Virus record (IMG/VR): IMGVR_UViG_3300025381_000007
Reading direction: 5' to 3' (one strand)
DNA from: a virus
Length of the DNA stretch: 64,000 bases
Shown here: piece after piece, positions 57,580 through 64,000 of the stretch
Layout of the letters: every line of letters begins with the position of its first letter
How positions within the stretch are numbered: the stretch's first letter is position 1
Made by a program: the position numbers and the translations under genes
Notes under the pieces: model-generated
Told to the model about the DNA's origin: nothing
What the model saw: the letters and a program-made list of their open reading frames with translations, nothing else
Database searches by the model: none

Positions 57580-58395
57580 ATGTTTAAAGACCCTGAAAAT
57601 TTTTATATAATAGACTACACCGAAGGATCCTGTGGACATTTTATGTCTACCTTATTGATAAATCTTTTAGCAAATGAAAAAGATGCAATACCTTGGAATC
57701 ATTACAGGGGGGCAGTAGCTTCGGGACACTGGACAGGATATGCCAAAGAACATTTGTCTTTGCCACCTGAAAAGGCTAGAGTGTGGGATGTTAAACTAAA
57801 ACAGGAAAGTCCATTTGATTCTGTAGTAGTATGGGGTGTTCCCGAAACAGAACAATATTACAGCATACATTATATGGATCCAAATGAATATTTTACTACT
57901 TTTAAAATTCCTAAGAACTTTAAATATCTTGCCATAACATATGAAAAATCTGATTTGCTATTAATCAAAACTTTATTTTATTATAAAAATCTTTGGCAGT
58001 TTAATAGATGGTATCAAGAAGATAAAGAGCGTTACTCAAAACAAGTTCGAGATTTATTTGATGATTTTGATTTTGCTAACAATGGTTACACTAAACCCTA
58101 TTCAGAAATTTCTTTATTTTTAAAAGAATTTGTAGAAATAAGATCAAATAATTTTATGGATTTAGAAGTCAATAGCTTTTCAAACTGCATATCCAAACTT
58201 AAGCCAGAATATAAACAATACATCCATACAATAAATTTTCATGACGTTTGGTACAATCCTGATGCAGCTCTACAACGATTAAGCGAAATAACAGGAAGAC
58301 CTGTTACTCCGTATGTTAGACATTTATATCAACTTTATATTAAAGAAAATACACAGCACTTTGACCAGTACGGTATTAAAGTCTACCCAACTTAA
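57580..58395 (+). CDS. AT-rich hypothetical protein, possible sulfotransferase-like fold
   Basis: 'YIIDYTEGSCGHFMSTLL' loop and 'INFHDVWYNP...L..L' pattern; TAAATA at 57569-57574. Confidence 0.5.
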   Translation: MFKDPENFYIIDYTEGSCGHFMSTLLINLLANEKDAIPWNHYRGAVASGHWTGYAKEHLSLPPEKARVWDVKLKQESPFDSVVVWGVPETEQYYSIHYMDPNEYFTTFKIPKNFKYLAITYEKSDLLLIKTLFYYKNLWQFNRWYQEDKERYSKQVRDLFDDFDFANNGYTKPYSEISLFLKEFVEIRSNNFMDLEVNSFSNCISKLKPEYKQYIHTINFHDVWYNPDAALQRLSEITGRPVTPYVRHLYQLYIKENTQHFDQYGIKVYPT

Positions 58396-59299
58396 TCAAG
58401 ACTGCTGCTAACCCAATCTCTGGATCAATCAATGCAGTATGGTCCACCAGACCTTGTTTAATAATCAATACTGCTGAATCTTTTTGTTCTTCAGTCTGAC
58501 CTAACAAATCTAGATTATTATACAACCAAGTATAAATTTCTGGAATCTCTTCGGGTCGTGCTCGGCCGCACAGCAACTTGCGAGCATCTTGTATTCGGCC
58601 AGCTTTAAATAACTCAACCATTTCAATCTTATAATCACTGCTATCACTATCACCCGATGTGGGACTAGTTAATCCTCCGGCTTCGGTAATATTTTGCTGA
58701 ACAAGATTGATACACTTTCGCAAATCTGGATAACTTAGTTTGACATAGGTATCTAATGTATCTAAATCAAACTCAATGTTTTCATTCATTAGGATTGTGG
58801 CAACACGAGCTGTAAATTCTGTTTGATCAGTTTTATCTACATGAAACCCCTGGCAACGACTGTGTAGTGCTGGAATAATCTTATTAGGATAGTTACAGGT
58901 TAAAATAAATCTAGCTGTGTTGGAATAAGTCTCCATCAATCCACGCAGGATAGCCTGTGAGTTTAAAGACAAATAATCTGCTTCATCTAACAGCACAACC
59001 TTAAATGGTCCAAACGGGATCATTTGAACAAAGTTCGTGATTTTATTACGAACAGTATCTACATCATTTTCACGTGACGCATTGATTTCCAATACATCAA
59101 AATCTTCGATACCTAATTCGTTCATTAGAACTTTAGCTAAAGTAGTCTTGCCAATACCTGCTGAACCGCTTAACAACAGATGAGGAATGCTGCCTTCTTT
59201 GATCCAAGACTGTACTTGGCGTTGTTGCGCCACATCTTTAAAAACATATTCTTTAATAGTTTTAGGGCGATATTTTTCTACCCAAAGCTCTTTAGCCAT
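58376..59299 (-). CDS. Clamp-loader ATPase subunit (gp44 / RFC small-subunit-like)
   Basis: LWVEKYRP, GSAGIGKTT, INAS, LLDEAD, FILTCN, ALHSRC, DLRKCIN. Confidence 0.93.
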   Translation of the reverse strand: MAKELWVEKYRPKTIKEYVFKDVAQQRQVQSWIKEGSIPHLLLSGSAGIGKTTLAKVLMNELGIEDFDVLEINASRENDVDTVRNKITNFVQMIPFGPFKVVLLDEADYLSLNSQAILRGLMETYSNTARFILTCNYPNKIIPALHSRCQGFHVDKTDQTEFTARVATILMNENIEFDLDTLDTYVKLSYPDLRKCINLVQQNITEAGGLTSPTSGDSDSSDYKIEMVELFKAGRIQDARKLLCGRARPEEIPEIYTWLYNNLDLLGQTEEQKDSAVLIIKQGLVDHTALIDPEIGLAAVLIKLGRL

Positions 59300-59598
59300 T
59301 ATTCTTCATCCTCTAGATATTCACATGCACCAGTTCCACGATTAATGTCTTTGGCAATTTCGTAGCCCCAGTCGTAGTTGTTGTCGTAGGCTTCTTTCCA
59401 CTCAGGAGTATCTTCGTCGGCGTCGATATAACCTTCTAGTGCATAGGCCCACCATTGTGCAAATTCATCTTCTTCGATGGAGTTGATATCAACTACTCCG
59501 GGCTTTTCAAGAATTTCACGAACGATGTCGATACTGACACCTTCGCCAACATATTCTTCTAATGCTTCGTCAGTTAATTCTAACAGAACATTAGCCAT
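59299..59598 (-). CDS. Highly acidic small protein (99 aa)
   Basis: About 30 D/E versus 5 K/R; TAATG coupling on both sides. Confidence 0.65.
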   Translation of the reverse strand: MANVLLELTDEALEEYVGEGVSIDIVREILEKPGVVDINSIEEDEFAQWWAYALEGYIDADEDTPEWKEAYDNNYDWGYEIAKDINRGTGACEYLEDEE

Positions 59599-60104
59599 TA
59601 TTCATCTTCCTCAGCTTCGGAAAAAGTAATAACATTACCTTCTGGATCTGCACAGATAATACGAACAGTTTCGCCATCTTCATTTTTAATTTCAATAGGC
59701 CCCCAAATCCACCAGTGAGTATCGCCTTGCCGCCAGCCTTGTTCTTCTAGATTGTAGGCTGTATGATCTTCGAGGAACTCACGGAGTTCATCTTCCTCGT
59801 CATCAGTAAGCCCTTCGATTTCAACATCATACCAGCAACCACCGTCAAACATTTCATTAAGTTCGACACTTTCAATATTGTTGACTTCACAGTCTAACAT
59901 ATCAATACTATCTTTCTTACCATCGCCTCCGGGTACAAATGTAAATTCAAATTCTGGAGGATTGTCGTCTGAAGTTTCTACAGTCCACTCGCCATAACGG
60001 AAACCGTTAGTGACAGTGACTTGACCTTCGCCTTCTTGTTGGTGATATGACTCGACTTCTTGACAAGACTTTTTATAATATGTACTAACGGCCCAGGTTG
60101 CCAT
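59598..60104 (-). CDS. Highly acidic protein (168 aa)
   Basis: AAGGA RBS; D/E- and Trp-rich. Confidence 0.7.
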   Translation of the reverse strand: MATWAVSTYYKKSCQEVESYHQQEGEGQVTVTNGFRYGEWTVETSDDNPPEFEFTFVPGGDGKKDSIDMLDCEVNNIESVELNEMFDGGCWYDVEIEGLTDDEEDELREFLEDHTAYNLEEQGWRQGDTHWWIWGPIEIKNEDGETVRIICADPEGNVITFSEAEEDE

Positions 60105-60114
60105 GATATTTTCC

Positions 60115-60306
60115 TTATTCCAGATCCATTGAATTCCACTCTTTAATCACAGCAACGAGTTCTTCCTCTGTGTTACAAAGAGTTTTAACAGATGCCCAGT
60201 CGTCTTTCTTATTGCGACCACTAACTTCTACCATCCAACCGTTGTCGTAACGATTAAGGGTGATGTTTTCATTTACTTTTGCTAATTTACCTAGTTTATT
60301 CGCCAT
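60115..60306 (-). CDS. Small hypothetical protein (paralogue of 60306-60518)
   Basis: KVNE....YDNGWMVEVSGR...DDW.SVK. Confidence 0.7.
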   Translation of the reverse strand: MANKLGKLAKVNENITLNRYDNGWMVEVSGRNKKDDWASVKTLCNTEEELVAVIKEWNSMDLE

Positions 60307-60518
60307 TATTTTGCCCTATCCATTAATGAAATATCTTTAATACATTCAACCAGTTCATCAAATGAGTGATACATAAGTTTAACTGATTTCCAGTCATCGG
60401 TTTCGGCTTTGCCGCCAATTTCGATACCGTAACCGTTATCGAAAAAGTAAACAGTAAAAACATCATTTACTTTTTTTATTTTGTCACTAACTTTAGTGAT
60501 ACTTGCTTTTTTTGCCAT
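60306..60518 (-). CDS. Small hypothetical protein (paralogue of 60115-60306)
   Basis: KVND....FDNGYGIEIGGK...DDWKSVK. Confidence 0.65.
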   Translation of the reverse strand: MAKKASITKVSDKIKKVNDVFTVYFFDNGYGIEIGGKAETDDWKSVKLMYHSFDELVECIKDISLMDRAK

Positions 60519-60519
60519 A

Positions 60520-60774
60520 TTATACTAACTCCTCTAAAATACCTAAAAATTCTGCAAAGATTAACAATGCGCCAGCAATGATTAACTCGCCTCGAACTAA
60601 TGCAATACCTGCGCCAATTCTAACTCCACTCTTTACAAGGCTAACATAGAAATGCCTCTTGCTAGGATCCATGGGTTGGATTTTAAATAGTGGCGGATGC
60701 ATAGGGCACCGACCTTGTTTATAGTCACACAAAGGTGAATATTCTTTATTACAAATGTTACAATGTGTTGTCAT
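60520..60774 (-). CDS. Small membrane protein with N-terminal Cys/His cluster
   Basis: CNIC...C.....CP.H then hydrophobic 'HFYVSLVKS..RI.AG...AE.LGILEEL'. Confidence 0.6.
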   Translation of the reverse strand: MTTHCNICNKEYSPLCDYKQGRCPMHPPLFKIQPMDPSKRHFYVSLVKSGVRIGAGIALVRGELIIAGALLIFAEFLGILEELV

Positions 60775-60780
60775 AGTTAA

Positions 60781-60809
60781 ATTATACTATAGTTTAAATT
60801 TTTAATCAA
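60781..60809 (-). promoter_or_regulatory. sigma70-type promoter TTGATT-N17-TATAAT
   Basis: 17-nt spacing; ATG 60774 lies 7 nt downstream (possibly leaderless). Confidence 0.6.
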
Positions 60810-61384
60810 GCAGTAAAGGTTAAATCTAATATCTGATGCGGCTGTTGTATTGCCCAATTACACAAATCAAAAACATAGTTTGTATTCATTTTTTCAAAAT
60901 GTAAATGTTTAGTCATATCAGTATCCACTAAACCAGGTTTTAAATGAATGATTTCTGGAGATTTCCAACTTAATGTTCTTAACTCGTTGACTGTGTGCTC
61001 TAAAGAAATCTTATGTGTTTCATACATAAGTAATCCATATTTTGCTTCTTCTGTGTTAGGATGTAAAGACCTGTATACCTCAGAAAGAGAACTACCAATC
61101 ACTACGATTTTTTTAGATTGTCCTTGCCATAGTCGGTGTAGTTTAAGTAATAAATCAGTTTGAATAAATCCCTCCATTACGGAAGTAAAATTTCCTGAAT
61201 AGGCATTGTTAATAAAAACATCGCAATCGGCTGATTTTTTAATTATCTTATCTACATTTTTTGGATTAACAATGTCGTATCCATTAGAACGACTGAACCC
61301 TATAACTTTGTGGCCTTGTTTTTTAAAACCTTCAGCCAAAGCAAGACCGATACCTTTTGTATGACCGGTTATTGCTATTTTCAT
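60806..61384 (-). CDS. Short-chain dehydrogenase/reductase (SDR)
   Basis: ITGHTKGIG, INNA, YETHK (YxxxK), PGLVDT. Confidence 0.85.
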   Translation of the reverse strand: MKIAITGHTKGIGLALAEGFKKQGHKVIGFSRSNGYDIVNPKNVDKIIKKSADCDVFINNAYSGNFTSVMEGFIQTDLLLKLHRLWQGQSKKIVVIGSSLSEVYRSLHPNTEEAKYGLLMYETHKISLEHTVNELRTLSWKSPEIIHLKPGLVDTDMTKHLHFEKMNTNYVFDLCNWAIQQPHQILDLTFTA

Positions 61385-61385
61385 A

Positions 61386-61778
61386 TTAACCGCGTAAGCT
61401 CTCCATAGTAATAATCTTTGACAAACTTTCACCTAAATCCTGATCATGACCGACAATGTGTAGTTGATTCATATTGCGATCCTTAGCTTCATCGTAGCGC
61501 ATAGTTTCAACAATAGTTCCACCATTGGCACGAAATACATTCATACGCAGCGGATTACCTTCTAGTCTTGGACTATGATCGAGGGATACAACGGTATTAC
61601 TTGCTAGACTATTTTCTTCTTCATAGGCTCGTTTGCCAATATTAACTAGCCATCGTTTAAAAAAGTTCATTTTCTTTTCCTTTGGTTCTTCTTCCCACCT
61701 TGCCATTGATCTTATTTGTTGTTTCCTATTACCACTACTGAGTTTTGCTGTTGTTGCGTACATACTACCTTGACTCAT
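61386..61778 (-). CDS. Hypothetical protein (130 aa)
   Basis: ATGA coupling; 'ANGGTIVE...YD...DR' motif. Confidence 0.65.
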   Translation of the reverse strand: MSQGSMYATTAKLSSGNRKQQIRSMARWEEEPKEKKMNFFKRWLVNIGKRAYEEENSLASNTVVSLDHSPRLEGNPLRMNVFRANGGTIVETMRYDEAKDRNMNQLHIVGHDQDLGESLSKIITMESLRG

Positions 61779-62239
61779 TTTTTTGTCCTTTCTGCTTCTG
61801 CTACACGCTTGCGTAGACTTGAACTACTAAATGAATGATCTCGTCCGTTATAGACAATTTCTATTCCACGGTCATAACAGATATCTCTACCTGTAAATTC
61901 TTTGTCTGCGTACTCTATACCTAATATTCTAACATCTATCGGCAATGTGAGCAAGATATCTTCGAGGTCTTTTTCAGTCTGATATACAACTATTTCGTCC
62001 ACATAACGAACTGCGGCAAGTTGGATTTGCCGTTCCACAATACTTTGAACTGGCGGATTTTTGGTATCGGGTCTATCGATTGATGCATCTGTTTGTAGTG
62101 CAGCAATTAGGTAATCACAATGGTTTTTAACTTCGGCCAACATGGCAATATGTCCTGCATGTAGTAAATCGAACTGGCTAAACACAATACCAATCTTTTT
62201 ACCATCTGCTTTGAGTGCTTTAACTTTATTGAATATCAT
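61775..62239 (-). CDS. TagD-like cytidylyltransferase
   Basis: FDLLHAGH, ER..QL....YVDE, HSFSSS.LR motifs. Confidence 0.85.
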   Translation of the reverse strand: MIFNKVKALKADGKKIGIVFSQFDLLHAGHIAMLAEVKNHCDYLIAALQTDASIDRPDTKNPPVQSIVERQIQLAAVRYVDEIVVYQTEKDLEDILLTLPIDVRILGIEYADKEFTGRDICYDRGIEIVYNGRDHSFSSSSLRKRVAEAERTKK

Positions 62240-62475
62240 TTCTTAAGTATCTTGATTATTTTTCGTTGTTCTTGTTCTCGTAACCATTCATCTTCTGTCG
62301 TACCGAAACTTGGACAACGACTAATAGCATCGTCTAAAATTTCTTTTAATTGATAAAGGTCTTGTTTAACACACCAACCGTTAAATCCGTCAGTGTATGG
62401 ACTTTGGCAAGTATATGCCGCTGAATTGATTTGTTGTGCTATGTTAGCAACTTCTAAAGGTTTCTTAAATCCCAT
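62236..62475 (-). CDS. Hypothetical protein (79 aa)
   Basis: ATG 62475 just after promoter; 'PYTDGF..W.VKQDLY' motif. Confidence 0.6.
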   Translation of the reverse strand: MGFKKPLEVANIAQQINSAAYTCQSPYTDGFNGWCVKQDLYQLKEILDDAISRCPSFGTTEDEWLREQEQRKIIKILKK

Positions 62476-62480
62476 ACTAG

Positions 62481-62509
62481 ATAATAGCATGGGAGTTAAT
62501 CTATGTCAA
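62481..62509 (-). promoter_or_regulatory. sigma70-type promoter TTGACA-N17-TATTAT
   Basis: Exact -35, near-consensus -10, 17-nt spacing. Confidence 0.65.
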
Positions 62510-62512
62510 TAC

Positions 62513-62854
62513 TTAAACACCTTGACTGCGATAAATATCGCTGGGTTTTTCGTCCGCAATCATCATCATGGCAGCGACATCGGCTTTTTGAAGTTTGGTA
62601 ATAGATCCATCTTCATTTTCATACTCTGCTGCACGGCTCCAGCGGCCGTGTTCCATAAGAACCCAATCGCCTACTTTAACATCAGTTTGGTCCGGACCTA
62701 CTGCCCAAACTCGACCCCAACGAGGTTTGATACCTTGTACTTTACCGTCATCACTTTTTACAATAATGCCACTTTTGGTTTTTTCATCACCAAATTCCAT
62801 ATCGGACAGTATTACACCGTTGCCTAATGGTCTTAATGTTCCTGTTACTTTCAT
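62513..62854 (-). CDS. groES: GroES-like co-chaperonin
   Basis: LRPL...V......EKTKSGIIV...GRVWAVGP...VKVGDWVL. Confidence 0.8.
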   Translation of the reverse strand: MKVTGTLRPLGNGVILSDMEFGDEKTKSGIIVKSDDGKVQGIKPRWGRVWAVGPDQTDVKVGDWVLMEHGRWSRAAEYENEDGSITKLQKADVAAMMMIADEKPSDIYRSQGV

Positions 62855-63148
62855 TTATTCCTCTGTTGATTGTTGTTGATTTTTAGTTGATTTAGTCGTC
62901 GCAGGTGCTACAACTTGTGGCGGTACAATTTCAGGAGCTTCTGTGTTAGAAACTGTTGATTTTTTAGCAGGAGTATCATAATATGATGCTACTACTTCTT
63001 CGCGCTTTTTAATGATTTCTCCGCCAGGCCCTATTTGATCTCCGCGGGCATTCACTCTAACATTGCCTACTGCAAGAGTTAGCTCGTTTTGTTTAGCTAA
63101 CTTGTTCATGTCTACCATTTTACCTTGAGCTGATCTGTGTAATGTCAT
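62855..63148 (-). CDS. Hypothetical protein (97 aa)
   Basis: AAGGAG RBS; 'GK.VDM..L...NE...AVGN..VNARGD.IG.GG' motif. Confidence 0.7.
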   Translation of the reverse strand: MTLHRSAQGKMVDMNKLAKQNELTLAVGNVRVNARGDQIGPGGEIIKKREEVVASYYDTPAKKSTVSNTEAPEIVPPQVVAPATTKSTKNQQQSTEE

Positions 63149-63669
63149 TTTATTTCTCCTTTTAGGAACTCTTGAATATCAAGTTCGTATCTTAGACTGT
63201 CAATTTTGTGTATGCCTATCAAATATAAAACATATGATGCTACACTACTACCGCGACCTACGCCCCAAACAATATCATGTTCTCGCATAGTATCTACCAA
63301 GTATTTACAATAGTGCAGAACGTCAAACATATTATGTTGAATAAACAGTTCTAACTCTTCGGTGACCCTTGCTGTTTGCTGGTCTGTAGTACACATACCG
63401 TAAAGCATTTCTACAAGATTTGGACAGTAGTCCTTGGGCATAAACCATTCTGTTTGATTTGCTTCATCAAACAGTTCAACGCTGTCAAACTTATCGTGTT
63501 TGATTTTTTTGAGTTCGGGAAATCGATCTGCATTTTTGGATCTTGCTTGATTGAACTGTTCAATCATATCCACATATACATCGTCAAAGTTAACAATCTT
63601 GCCTGCGTATAATGCGTTAAACGCTTCGATTTCTGTTAGTTCAACTTCGCCGTAGTTATTGATTTTCAC
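63145..63669 (-). CDS. Stand-alone N-terminal palm fragment of DNA polymerase III alpha (DnaE-like)
   Basis: RV.EEL......YLVD.MR...IVWGVGRGSSVASYVLYLIGIHKID...Y.L...EF; GTG start at 63669. Confidence 0.75.
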   Translation of the reverse strand: MKINNYGEVELTEIEAFNALYAGKIVNFDDVYVDMIEQFNQARSKNADRFPELKKIKHDKFDSVELFDEANQTEWFMPKDYCPNLVEMLYGMCTTDQQTARVTEELELFIQHNMFDVLHYCKYLVDTMREHDIVWGVGRGSSVASYVLYLIGIHKIDSLRYELDIQEFLKGEIK

Positions 63670-64000
63670 TCTTACCGCCCTTGATAATTCGAGGTTCGAA
63701 TTTCGGGCTATCATTAAGTTCTAAATCATCCCAGGATACATCTATTGTTGTACCTGTTTCTAGATTGTCCATATTCCACCAATGTTCGCCCGATAAATCT
63801 AATCCAGATTCTTCCGGATCTCGTATACAATACTGTACATGATCTCCAACGGCACTGTCAACAGTCATAAAGCCAATTTCAAAATATTTTGCAGTTATTA
63901 CTTGGAATTTTCTGAGCAATACACTACCTACAAAATAATCGTAGGGTTCTGTGGGAAACTGTACTAAGTTACTGCTCGATATATTTAAAGGTTCTAACAA
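63656..64000 (-). CDS. Hypothetical protein (5'-truncated by window edge)
   Basis: Open frame to window end; 'EPYD...T.DS..GD' motif. Confidence 0.55.
   Translation of the reverse strand: MLEPLNISSSNLVQFPTEPYDYFVGSVLLRKFQVITAKYFEIGFMTVDSAVGDHVQYCIRDPEESGLDLSGEHWWNMDNLETGTTIDVSWDDLELNDSPKFEPRIIKGGKSENQ

Noticed and set aside
1561-62879. Numerous 60-154-aa antisense or alternate-frame ORFs in the ORF track
   Set aside because: They lie inside well-supported genes and lack RBS or motifs; they are shadow ORFs
1-64000. Stop-codon reassignment as in some jumbo phages
   Set aside because: Genes are full-length and tightly packed under code 11, including a 4085-aa ORF
1-64000. tRNA or rRNA genes
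   Set aside because: Intergenic gaps are short and I saw no cloverleaf or T-loop signature; tRNAscan was not run

Overview
This 64-kb window is part of a large, AT-rich, T4-related (jumbo-type) myovirus genome read in the standard genetic code. Bases 1-19243 (+) are a late structural operon: C-terminus of a baseplate lytic-transglycosylase protein, gp25- and gp6-like baseplate proteins, a 4085-aa virion protein and two paralogous tail-fibre proteins. The rest is almost all on the minus strand. It encodes thyA, a MoxR/vWA pair, a T4 RNase H-like nuclease, a 7-deazaguanine DNA-modification cluster (QueE, T-fold protein, TGT/DpdA paralogue, MazG-like protein, cupin, glycosyltransferase), a GIY-YIG/NUMOD3 endonuclease, sliding clamp, family B polymerase, a block of probable capsid-internal proteins, clpA-def-dnaJ, a lysis cassette, phoH, clamp loader, GroES and a short DnaE fragment. 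The most unusual signal is in the 830-aa ORF at 40258-42750. Six identical copies of a 15-bp sequence (AAGGTGTGGCGGAAG on the coding strand, encoding G-V-A-E) separate unrelated in-frame mini-domains, which looks like a recombination-built cassette array translated as a protease-cleaved polyprotein. All family assignments come from motif recognition by eye; no database search was run.
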